From: Macrostomum hystrix
Taxonomy: Eukaryota; Animalia; Platyhelminthes
Direction of reading: 5' to 3'
Assembly (NCBI GenBank): GCA_950097015.1
Contig: CATNEN010000010.1
Coordinates: 2,294,001-2,358,000 of the forward strand
Length of the DNA: 64,000 nt
The notes beneath the pieces were generated by a model. It was not told where the DNA came from. It saw only the letters and a program-made list of their open reading frames with translations, and made no database searches. This document shows positions 50,207 through 61,620 of this stretch, in pieces; position 1 is the stretch's first letter; every line of letters starts with the position of its first letter. Both the position numbers and the translations under genes were made by a program.

Positions 50207-51834
50207 TTGATTAACTGTTGCTTGACCTTCTATTGTTAGCTGGTGAGCTCACACTGACAGTGTTGACTCAAACCGAACGCGGGACACTCGAAGTTCGCAA
50301 TCGTCATTTAACTTCATAGAAAATATTGTTTAAAAAACTTATATTTTTTGTTTTATCTACTGCTTGATGGACACCGATTTGATTTCGTCTGATCAATCGA
50401 TATTATTTGTACAAGAGATTGATTTATTGTTGTTTAGCAAGCTATGCTTCGCCCGAGCATTGCCCGACGATCAACTTGTTATTTGCCGATTAGACACAAA
50501 GCCTTTGTTATCTGCTGAACTCAGCTCGCACTGATCGGGTCTCCGAGTCCCCTTAGAAATTGTTTTTTATCGAAATGTAAATCAATGCGTAGAAATAATG
50601 GACTCAGCCCGCGAACTCACGGTCGCCATCGTTTTTTAACTGCTGTTCGCGCTGTTTTGCACTATGTTGTCCCACTGATTACCGGCTCTCAGACCTGTAC
50701 TCAGCATCCTGTGTCCTGCTTGTTGTCGAATTCTCCGTTAATCCACTCAACTCAAAGCTTGTGTCTGCAGCTGTATAAAAATTGACTTGAATTTCTGCGC
50801 CTAGCACGAGCTCCAACTGACTTCACCCCTGCATCCCTGATCCTGATCATCCAATATTTCTAATTCATCGTTGACCCAGCCGCAATCTGTCAGTCACACA
50901 ATTACTAACTGCTCACCTGGTGTTTCCTTTATGCAGAGAATAAGAAACTTTGTCCGACAAGTCATGTCTGCCTTATCAGGCACTCGCAAATATACATTTT
51001 GCATGGACTGTTTAATTATATTCACCCCTGTAACATACTTTGCACGCCAAACAAGTACACAATCGTGCTTCATTTTGCCCATTTAATGTACATCAACGAT
51101 TAGTATAACTGACTGGGTGGCTTAAAATCTGAGCGACCTTTGGCAGGGTATCATGTATGCAGCCTCTGTGAAAATTTCTATCATGTGTTCAGGTGTTCCG
51201 TACGAATGAATAATAAAAAACGCTTTAACAAAATGGGCTTTTAAAATAACTAGAGACGCTCCAAGCGAACTTTTTTATATTAGGTAATTATATTAGTTCA
51301 TTATGATGACAAAAGTTAGCTGAATTTCACAGGCGGGACTCTGGTGTACTCCAATAACGCCACGTTCCTAAGAAAATCGCAAGCTTTAAAATTCAAATAA
51401 TAATTTGTCGCGTCGATGCGAAACATATATATATATATGGTCAACCGCAGGGCAAGGATGTGTTTCCTTGCAGAAAATTTAGACAGAAATTCTTTTCTCC
51501 GGTCTTTGCGAGCAGAGCTGACTGACGTTTACAACATTTTAACAAATATACAGAACAGGCCGTCTTTGATGTAAGAAGAACGATGACAATATATTCCTAG
51601 CTTTTTTCTTATAAGTATATAGCTATGATTAACTCTTGTAATAAAGCACGAAAACTTTCTTATCGCATTATTTTCATGTTTTTAACTAGCCTAAATCAAT
51701 GTTTTTATACAAACTGAGCAATTAAATAGTTCTTACTTGACTTATTTGAGGTAAACTCTCATAAAAGCATTGCAAATCGATAAATATTTAATGAAAAGTG
51801 AAATATCTTTCGATTTCAGAATAAAATCATCATA

Positions 51835-54280
51835 ATGTATGCTAAAGGAAAACTTAACACGGTGCCCTCTGATGCTCAAGCTCAAGAGAAGTAAGTAGTA
51901 ATAAGATAACAAATCAGAAAAAAGGAAATGCTTTCAGCTGTAGCTTTGCAATTTAATCAACTACTTGTTATCATTATCAACATTAATTCTCAAACAGTTC
52001 AAAAAAGATAAATGTGTTTCATCTATTTATATCAACATATTTTTTCTCATAGTGATAATAATTCTTAATAATGCTGAAATGCTAACATTAAAAATAATTC
52101 TTATTGGCATTTAAGTATATTAATTATTTGAATCTAAATCAGAGTTTTATCATTTCTGGAATGTCTAAATAAGTCGAAGTATTAACACAAACTAAAAAAG
52201 TACACAAATGATACACTCAATCTCAAATTTGAAACGAAACTTGCAAAGAAAAATGAATATATTGGTATTGGTACCCATGAATTATGGTCTATTTATAGTG
52301 CATATAATGTATATTAGTGCAAAAATGATAACATTGTTGAATGAAGTTTGTGAGTTTTTATTTAGTAAAATTAGAATTTTTGTTCAAGAACTTATATATG
52401 AAAATGTTTTTGAATAGCCATTGGCTTACTAGAAGTATTTAGTATGTTTTAAAAGAAAAAAAGTATGTGTATTTTTATTTACTAAATATGATATATATAA
52501 TTACTGACAAATTATTATGCTTACCTTTACATTTAGTTAAGTGAATTTTTCTTATGCAAGTTATTTGCTTTTTGAGTTAAAAATGAGATGGGTGAAATTA
52601 GTTTTTTTCAATACTATTAATTGTTGTAATCTCTTTGAAAAACCTTACCTTACGATTTTTAAGATAAGTTATGCTTAGAATAAGATTGCTTAGAATAAAA
52701 AGTCTTTGCTAGTCAGAAAATACATTTCCACTTAATCAACAAATATAAAATAGGGGTTTTGATGATTGGTTGGTTTTCACTATGTATCCAATATAAGTGC
52801 GAGCTAGCTAGCATGAAAGGGTTTTTTATTTTAGCAACATCAGTTTTTGATATTCGTTTTTTGCAGTTCAATTCGTGAATAAGGCGTTTTCATTATACTG
52901 GCATTATTCTGGAATCTTATATCTGCCACAAATCTGGCATTTTTATTATCACAGACTGGCCCTGTATGTGTATGAGTACCTGGTGCACATCGGTGCACAG
53001 AAGTCTGCCCAGACCTTCCTGTCCGAGATTCATTGGGACAAGAACATCACTCTGGGCGAGCCGCCAGGCTTCCTCTGCTCCTGGTGGTGGTAAGGCTGCT
53101 AACTGATTCTGGTCGCGTTTTGTTGACCATTCACTCTAACGTTTAAAGCAGCAGTGCTTTAATTTTATCGAATCAATTGCATTTTCGCAGCGTATTCTGG
53201 GACTTGTACTGCGCTGCACCAGAGCGGAGGGACAACTGTGAGCACTCGGGAGAGGCCACCGCTTTTCACGACTACGTGAGTGAGATGCTTGAGTAAAATT
53301 TTAGTAAATTGAAGCCCGTGGCTTTTCTGGGAAGCTAAATAGTATAGATCCCACGCATGCATCCAGATCCTCAGGTAAGTCAGGTAAGCTAGTCGTCCTC
53401 CCAGATCCCTAGGTACAAGCCAGTCATCCTCCCAGACCCAAGATGAGCCAGCCATCGCCCCTTCCAGATCCAAAGGCTATCTCCAGGGCACTCTGGAGCC
53501 ATCCCGAATCCCAGAACGGGCTGCTGCATCCATGCCAAATCCCAGAACAGGCTGCTGCAGCCATCCCAAATCCCAGAACAGGCTGCTGCAGCCATCCCAA
53601 ATCCCAGAACAGGCTGCTGCAGCCATCCCAAATCCCAGAACAGGCTGCTGCAGCCATCCCAAATCCCAGAACAGGCTGCTGCAGCCATCCCAAATCCCAG
53701 AACAGGCTGCTGCAGCCATCCCAAATCCCAGAACAGGCTGCTGCAGTCATCCCAAATCCCAGAACAGGCTCAAATACACCCGCAGAATTTCGCCAACGCT
53801 GGCTGCGGCATCGGGCCGCCACCTCCTATGCACCCGCCCCCCGGTGAATTCTTCCCGCCGCCGCCGCTGCCTCCGCCGCCGCCGTCGCTGCCTCCGTCCA
53901 GCGGCGGCAGGAATTCATCTGTTGGCCCGAACGGCATTTCGCAGCAGCGCCTGCCGCCGCCCCTACAACAGCAGCAGCAGCAGCAGGGCGGTCCAATGCA
54001 GTATCGGCCGCCTCCCCGATCTGCCGGGTCTGGCTTCAGCGGCGGGCAGATGATGTGCTCGCCGTGGCAGCAACAGCAGCAGCAGGATCCGCGCATGATA
54101 CCAGGCCCAAATATGCCGCCACCGCCGCCTCTGCCACTGCAGCAGCAGCTTCCAGAGCAGCAGCAGACGGCAGACAGTGCAGCCATTCTCAAGATCAAGG
54201 AGTCGATGCAGGAGGAGTCGGAGTTGCTGTCTGGTGGCAGCGGATTTGATGCAGATTTCTTCAGCGGTCAGCAGCCATGA
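51835..54280 (+). CDS. SSBP3: SSDP/SSBP2-4 family LisH (LUFS) protein, Ldb1/Chip partner
   Basis: Exons 51835-51890 ([19 protein letters not shown]), 52955-53089 ([44 protein letters not shown]), 53191-53275 ([29 protein letters not shown]) and 53786-54280 (P/Q-rich), phase-consistent. Which vertebrate paralogue name applies cannot be resolved. Confidence 0.93.
53480..53770. repeat. 31-bp minisatellite (CCCAAATCCCAGAACAGGCTGCTGCAGCCAT) in SSDP intron 3
   Basis: About 9 tandem copies ending ~15 nt before the acceptor at 53785. Confidence 0.96.
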
Positions 54281-54384
54281 ACAGGAGGACCGTGCAGCCA
54301 TTGATGGCCGCTGAATTCCACTCCGCTCTTGCTCTCTGATTTCTAAGCTTACAGATTTGCTGACTGATTGTACTCGGATTGTCC

Positions 54385-55310
54385 ATGCTGCATGGATCAG
54401 AGGGCGGATTGCTGATGCGGGATGGGTCAGAGGGCGGATTGCCCATGCGGGATGGGTCAGAGGGCGGATTGCCGATGCGGGATGTGTCAGAGGGCGGATT
54501 GCCGATACGGGATGGGTCAGAGGGCGGATTGCCCATGCGGGATGTGTCAGAGGGTGGATTGCCGATGCGGGATGGGTCAGAGGGCGGATTGCCGATTCGG
54601 GATGGGTCAGAGGGCGGATTGCCCATGCGGGATGTGTCAGAGGGTGGATTGCCGATGCGGGATGGGTCAGAGGGCGGATTGCCCATGCGGGATGGGTCAG
54701 AGGGCGGATTGCCGATGCGGGATGTGTCAGAGGGCGGATTGCCGATACGGGATGGGTCAGAGGGCGGATTGCCCATGCGGGATGGGTCAGAGGGCGGATT
54801 GCCCATGCGGGATGGGTCAGAGGGCGGATTGCCCATGCGGGATGGGTCAGAGGGCGGATTGCCCATGCGGGATGGGTCAGAGGGCGGATTGCTGATGCGG
54901 GATGGGTCAGAGGGCGGATTGCCCATGCGGGATGGGTCAGAGGGCGGATTGCCGATGCGGGATGTGTCAGAGGGCGGATTGCCGATACGGGATGGGTCAG
55001 AGGGCGGATTGCCCATGCGGGATGTGTCAGAGGGTGGATTGCCGATGCGGGATGGGTCAGAGGGCGGATTGCCCATGCGGGATGGGTCAGAGGGCGGATT
55101 GCCCATGCGGGATGGGTCAGAGGGCGGATTGCTGATGCGGGATGGGTCAGAGGGCGGATTGCCCATGCGGGATGGGTCAGAGGGCGGATTGCCGATGCGG
55201 GATGTGTCAGAGGGCGGATTGCCGATACGGGATGGGTCAGAGGGCGGATTGCCCATGCGGGATGTGTCAGAGGGTGGATTGCCGATGCGGGATGGGTCAG
55301 AGGGCGGATG
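54385..55310. repeat. 30-bp G-rich minisatellite (GCGGGATGGGTCAGAGGGCGGATTGCCCAT) downstream of the SSDP stop
   Basis: About 31 copies with 240-bp higher-order periodicity; source of the ORFs at 53963-55414. Confidence 0.97.
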
Positions 55311-55924
55311 CAGAGTGAATCAGCTTGTAGAGAGGCCTGTATCTCATAGGTTCCTGAGTGCATATTCTCACTGAGGCTGGAAAGTGTTTTGTACAGGATT
55401 TTTAATTTAAGCAAGTCTCAAGTTGTTGTGTCTTAGTGTGTCTTTAGTTTTGAATAATCAATTGTTATTTTTATGGGCTATTTATTATTTTTTTCGAGTA
55501 TTTTATACTCGCTACTTAGACAGTAAATTTTCGCGACAAATAATAAACATTTCATACTGACTGCTACTGCGCAGCAGCTAAGTAGCTTATAAGTAAATTT
55601 CATGTCGATTGTTAGACGACAATGCATCTTTTAGTTTTTAACTGTTGTTTTTAGCTAAGAAAAGGTTTTGTCTTATTTGTACAGCGCGCCACGTGCTTAC
55701 AATAAACTGTGCAACACGCTGAAGGCGCTGCTTCGCAGATCACGTTTTCAAATAGTTTTCTTGTAAATAATTAAAGTACATTTGTGTCTACCTGTGGCAT
55801 CGATATTGTCGCTTTATCCGAATTTCTTTGCCATTTATTATGAGCTCTTGAATCTCGCGACTCGAATAAAAAAATGACTAAACACTTTTCAATTTAGCGT
55901 GCTTCTAATACTTTCTGAATACTT

Positions 55925-56845
55925 TGTGTGAGTGTGTGTGAGTGTGTGTGAGTGTGTGAGTGTGTGAGTGTGTGTGAGTGTGTGTGAGTGTGTGAGTGTG
56001 TGAGTGTGTGTGAGTGTGTGTGAGTGTGTGAGTGTGTGTGAGTGTGTGTGAGTGTGTGTGAGTGTGTGAGTGTGTGAGTGTGTGTGAGTGTGTGAGTGTG
56101 TGTGAGTGTGTGTGAGTGTGTGTGAGTGTGTGTGAGTGTGTGAGTGTGTGTGAGTGTGTGTGAGTGTGTGTGAGTGTGTGAGTGTGTGAGTGTGTGTGAG
56201 TGTGTGTGAGTGTGTGTGAGTGTGTGAGTGTGTGTGAGTGTGTGTAAGTGTGTGAGTGTGTGTGAGTGTGTGTGAGTGTGTGTGAGTGTGTGTAAGTGTG
56301 TGAGTGTGTGTGAGTGTGTGAGTGTGTGTGAGTGTGTGTGAGTGTGTGAGTGTGTGTGAGTGTGTGTGAGTGTGTGAGTGTGTGTGAGTGTGTGAGTGTG
56401 TGTGAGTGTGTGTGAGTGTGTGAGTGTGTGTGAGTGTGTGAGTGTGTGTGAGTGTGTGAGTGTGTGTGAGTGTGTGAGTGTGTGAGTGTGTGTGAGTGTG
56501 TGAGTGTGTGTGAGTGTGTGTGAGTGTGTGAGTGTGTGTGAGTGTGTGTGAGTGTGTGAGTGTGTGTGAGTGTGTGAGTGTGTGTGAGTGTGTGTGAGTG
56601 TGTGAGTGTGTGTGAGTGTGTGAGTGTGTGTGAGTGTGTGAGTGTGTGTGAGTGTGTGAGTGTGTGTGAGTGTGTGTGAGTGTGTGAGTGTGTGTGAGTG
56701 TGTGTGAGTGTGTGAGTGTGTGTGTGAGTGTGTGTGAGTGTGTGTGAGTGTGTGAGTGTGTGTGAGTGTGTGTGAGTGTGTGAGTGTGTGTGTGTGAGTG
56801 TGTGAGTGTGTGTGAGTGTGTGTGAGTGTGTGTATGTTTGTGTGT
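55925..56845. repeat. Compound microsatellite (GTGTGA/GTGTGTGA)n, ~0.9 kb
   Basis: Seen directly. Confidence 0.98.
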
Positions 56846-56864
56846 GTGTCAGCTTGATGAGCTG

Positions 56865-57020
56865 TGAGCAGTGACAAATGAGCTGCAGCAGTGACAAATG
56901 AGCTGCAGCAGTGACAACTGAGCTGAAGCAGTGACAAATGAGCTGCAGCAGTGACAAATGAGCTGCAGCAGTGACAAATGAGCTGCAGCAGTGACAAATG
57001 AGCTGCAGCAGTGACAAATG
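56865..57020. repeat. 20-bp minisatellite (CAGTGACAAATGAGCTGCAG)
   Basis: About 8 tandem copies. Confidence 0.95.
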
Positions 57021-57351
57021 GTCTGATCTGCTTCTTAGAAATTGATCCACAGACTCGAGTTAGAATGCAGTGTACTGCGACATGTCACAGCTGCAGACGC
57101 ACAGAGCAGCACTCAGGCCATGAGCTTACTCTTGTTTCCTGATTGAGCCGGTCCCAGCTGGCTGCTCCACTGCCCCTCCTGGCGAGGATCTGCAGCATCC
57201 CTAAACACGCCCAGTCTCCTGATTGGTCCGGCGAAGGAGTCGTATTGCTGGGATCAATTTTAAATAAAAATGCCTAGGTGACATCTTTCTGTTGAGCCTA
57301 GGGGACTAAATAGGACAGCCGGGCTGAAGGCATCCCAGAGAATCCCCCCAA

Positions 57352-59949
57352 ATGGAGGCCGGCAGCGAGGCGGAATTGAGATGGCCCAGGCTGCTGTTTA
57401 TTGGTGACTCTCTGACAGAGGTGAGTTACACATCTGCTACTCAGCTAGTATTGAGCCTTCTGTTGCCAACTTGTCTTGCTTGTGCTTAACGACTGGGGAT
57501 ACTATATCTATGCTTTTCTCCAAGCAACTCAGTCGCTCCTAAGAAGCGTATCGTCCCTGACTTTTTCATCGTCAGGCAAGTGTACTCTAACACTTAACTG
57601 TGAGTGGCAGAGTGGCAGGGGGTATGGCGGGGGTAAGTGGCAGAGCGCTATAACACGTTTGTCTCTCGTACGAAGATCCCTGAGCACGATTCTGCACGGT
57701 GAGGCCACGTTCATTTGGGATGCAGTCGCGGAGAGAAGGCTTGATGGCCAACCTCAAAGACACAGTGAAACAGGACACTGCCTGACGATGACAAAGTCGG
57801 CGCAGATGTACACACCTGAACGAGTGTTTGCCTGCGTACAGTATTTGCGCAGAGCAAATACGAGTGTTTGCGCAGAGCCTGTCTGGGCCATAGACAATTC
57901 GCTTGAAGCCGAGCCGCAGAACGCGGATTCTCCTCCCACAGCAGGGATTCGCGCAGCCCAGCGGCTGGCTGGCCCGTCTGGCCGACCGGACCCAGCGCCG
58001 CTGCGACGTGGTCGGGCGCGGCTTCTCTGGCTACAACAGCCGCTGGTGGCGCCTCCTGGCTCCGCGGCTGCTGACAGACACGACGCTCCGCGGCTGCGAG
58101 CTCTGCGGGGTCTTTCTGGGTTGCAACGACTCCTGCGGCTCAGGACACCGCCTGCATGTGCCACTGGACGAGTTCAGAGACAATGTCAGCTGCATTGTCA
58201 GGCACCTCAAGGTCAGTTCCTTCCTTGGAAGCTCAGTCCTATAAATCAATTTCAGCCCTTCAGGCACAATGTCAGCTACATTGTCAGGCACCTCAAGGTC
58301 AGTTCCTTCCTTGGAAGCTCAGTCCTATAAATCTATTTCAGCCCTTCAGGCACAATGTCAGCTACATTGTCAGGCCCAAAATAGCCTGCGTTGAACTGGT
58401 CGCATCGACAATATCGGATCAGGAAGTAGTTTACTGTCTACCACCAGTACAAGAAAGTAGCTAAGGTCATTATTTTTTATCAATACGAAAGCAATCCCGT
58501 GCTTGCTATTCCGCTTCAAAAATCCATTTTTCAATGGACTCACCCTGTGCTGATTGCTAATCAATTAGTGCTTTGGCAACCAGTCAAGGTGACTAAGTGC
58601 TAAGGTGGTTACAAAAGCATCTGATTTTTGTAATGATCCAGAATTAGCCCAGGAAACAGAGAAGACTGCAAGAGATTTCGGAACACAACAAAGTACAAAG
58701 GGGCACAGCTGTGCTGTGCTCACGCAGCATGTTGAGAGTATAATAATAAAAATAATATTTGCAGGAGGGCTGCGGGCAATGGCACATCATATAGTGACAC
58801 TTGACCCGCAGCCAGCGAGGAGGCAATTCTGCCTATTCCGCTGACTTCTGAGCACACGCGCACACAGATACTGTACGCAGGCATACGCTCACACAGGTGT
58901 GTACATTTGCCCTGACTCTTTCATCGTCAGGCAGTGTACACTCTCACTGTGCCTTAGAGGTTCGCCCTGAAGGGCGTAAATTGCACGACAAGCCCACAAG
59001 CCTTCTCTCCACGGCTGCGGCCCAATTTGATGTGGCCTCTCCGCGGAATCGAGCTCAGGGACCTTGGTACGAGAGGCAAACGCGGTAACCGCTCTGCCAC
59101 TGACCCCCTCATGTTAGTGGAGTTAGTAGAGAGTACTAGTGGAGATAAAAGTGCAACTGCTTTAAAAATAGACTGAATTCTGAACGACTCGCAGGCCCGC
59201 GGTCTGACAAGCCGGCAGATCCTGATCATCAACGTGCCACCAGTCAACGAGGCGGTTTGTTCTACAGAGTTCAGTAAGTCCCTTGCCGACTGCCTGGAGT
59301 TCAGTCGGGCGCTTGGCGAGGCTGCCGACGAGGCGGGCGTCAGCCTGGTTGACGTTTGCGGACAGTTCCTGGCGCGGCAGGTTAGTGTGGGCTTTAGTGG
59401 ACTTAAGTCAGTGGACTTTAGGCGGTGTTGCAGAGTGTCTACGGACTGGGAGACTATTGGAGGCAGTCTAGGGACTGAGTACCTTAGAGTGACTTAGGGG
59501 ACTAAGATTGTATGAGGATGCCTGGTTACTGAGGGTGTCTGGAGATAGCTTGAATCTTTAAGCGTGTCTGGGGACTGAGTGCGCCTTGAGACAGTTTCAC
59601 TGCATGAGGGTGTCTGTGCACTGAGGGTGTCTGTGCACTGAGGGTGTCTGGAGAGTTTCACTTACGGTGTCTGGGGACTGTTGACTGCTGCAATAGTGAT
59701 CTCTGGTGAAGGTGAAGTTTTTATTCCTTCACTTATCCACCCCGCATCACCCAGAACTGGCAGCAGCTGCTCAGCCCAGATGGGGTGCACTTTAGCAAGC
59801 TTGGATCCGAGGCTCTCTTTGACTGTCTATGGCCTGAGGTGTCGCAGCGAATCAGCCACCTGCCGATGATGCTACCTGACTATCGCGTTGTTATGGAGGC
59901 TGGCGACTGGCGACTCTGCCTGCAGACGTGGGGTCCCGAAAATAATTAG
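57352..59949 (+). CDS. IAH1: Isoamyl acetate-hydrolysing esterase 1 (SGNH/GDSL hydrolase)
   Basis: Exons 57352-57420 (WPRLLFIGDSLTE), 57942-58211 (RCDVVGRGFSGYNSRW..FLGCNDS), 59195-59380 and 59755-59949 (PDGVHFS..LPDYR), all phase 0. The S-G-N-D/H catalytic blocks are intact. Confidence 0.93.
57540..57895. mobile_element. SINE family 2 fragments in IAH1 intron 1: short reverse piece 57540-57610 and forward copy 57630-57895
   Basis: The forward copy has head GTGGCAGAGCG, AGAGAAGGCTT and CTGACGATGACAAAGTC; the reverse piece reads CCTGACTTTTTCATCGTCAGGCAAGTGT. Confidence 0.82.
58181..58375. repeat. 86-bp tandem duplication (~2.3 copies) spanning the IAH1 exon 2 donor site
   Basis: CAATGTCAGC starts at 58181, 58267 and 58353; AAG|GTCAGT occurs twice. 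Confidence 0.95.
58730..59105 (-). mobile_element. SINE family 2 full-length copy in IAH1 intron 2
   Basis: The reverse complement is collinear with 43556-43920 from head to A-rich tail. Confidence 0.92.
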
Positions 59950-60329
59950 AGTGCTGACTCGCGTACTCTGTGACGCTTATTCGAGTACATTACTCACAGG
60001 AGATATGTGCAGACTGACAATCAGTGACTGTTAGTGGCTTTTCAGGAGCATAAAAGCTTGGTAAGGCAATTTTTTTACATTTCTTTGTATTATCATAATT
60101 TCGTACTAGTGGAAATAAAAACGGATTTTTAGAAAACAATGCGCACCTCTGTTCTGATCTTCAGTCTAGCTGCAGATTAATGCTGTCCTCTTAAAGAAAC
60201 TGAGTGACGACTTAGAAGCTTTGTAGCTCGTATGTGCGAGGATATGCTCAGGAAAGTTTTAATCAATTAAATTTGAACGGCGACCAAACGCCGCGACCAT
60301 GTCGCCACTGTGGTTCACCGACTTACACG

Positions 60330-61620
60330 GAGGCAGCGGCCATGACAGCGGGTCGAAATTTCAGGAGCGTGTCAAAATGGACTCCAAGCAGCTTACGGTT
60401 GTGAACCGTGGGACAGAAGTTCCACAAAGGAAGACCGTCGGAGCTGCGTTGAACTCATAGTTTGAGCTCGTGAAAAGAGTAGCGGAGGACTTGGTCGGTG
60501 ACAGCGCAAGGTCCTTCTTCGAGAGGTAGACACAGAGCTGGTTCAGGTACGGTTGGATGACAATTGCCAGGTTGGCGACACTAGGGCTTCTGGTGTAAAC
60601 CGTGAGGTCGTTGGCATACTGCGTCAGCTGGATCTTGACAGGAGGAGCCGGGATGTCACTCATGTACAAATTGTAGAAGGTAAAGAGGAGTGGGGACAGA
60701 ACCCCTCCCTAAGGCACGCCCGCTCTAAGACGCCTGGCCGGGGAGAGCGAGCCACGAAAGAGGACTCTCGTGCTCCGACTGCAGAGGTACGCACTGGTCG
60801 CATTGAAGTCGCCAAGTACCAGATGAGTCCAGGCCGAGGTATTCTCCAGAAACGACGCAGCGTCGAGCTGGTAATCCGCAGGATAGGAGCTGGCAGATGG
60901 GACATAGCAGTTGTGAATGCGTAGGCTGTCTTGCCCGGAAACGATGGTAACGGACTGCAGGCGTTCGGCAGTTTGAGTAGCATGTCTAGGCAGCTTGACA
61001 ATCGAATGGTAGTTAAGACCAGATTTGACGAGGATGCACAGGCCACCGTCTTTGTTGTGCTGCCTCTCAACCCTAATGACTTCGTAGCCGTCGATGTGAA
61101 GCTTGGAGTTGGGCCGCAGCTTGGTTTCCTGGACGGCCGCCACGTCAATCTGTCCGCTCCCGAGAAGATGGCCGAGCTCGTCACATTTGCTGCTAATGCC
61201 GTTAAGATCGATTTGAAGAACTTTGAAGTCGCTCGAGTTTTTGACGTGACCAAGAGTGATAGGGCCTCTGGAGTTAGGGCCGCTGCTTGCCACGCTGCAT
61301 GGCCAGGTGGCAGTACCCGGGTTAGGTTCAATGCCGGCGAGGAGCAAAAGCAAGCGGATCAGAGAAGCCGGCTGTCGCTGATCCGCGAACAAAAAAGCAC
61401 AGAACGCCGAGGTTCCCGAGAGAGAAGGTAGGGGCCATGCGGGACTTGAAGGAGGTTCTGCAGCTCTTGGCCACCTTGGTGGGTGGAACCGCGACGAAGA
61501 CCCGGCTGCATGAGCTTGGTTCCGCAGCTATTGGTCGGCGCATCTGAAGGCTGCGACCAAGGCTGAGTCCAAGGACTGGGGAAGGGGACACCACACCAAC
61601 CTTCAATTACCCCAGCTAAT
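60330..61620 (-). mobile_element. Internally deleted Ingi/Vingi-like non-LTR retrotransposon (2A-like leader, APE endonuclease N-half, RT C-half)
   Basis: LLLLLAGIEPNPG; APE motifs LQIDLNGI, VAAVQETKL, GGLCILVK, NCYVP and LGDFNA; then GVP*GGVLSPLLF..YMSD, YAND and KLLGVHFD. Stops and frameshifts present. Confidence 0.88.

Noticed and set aside
53963-57050. Long repetitive ORFs (AIRPLTHP.., GNPPSDPSR.., HTHTL..)
   Set aside because: Artefacts of the 30-bp minisatellite and the GT/GA microsatellite. No independent coding evidence, apart from the tentative exon noted at 57020-57250.
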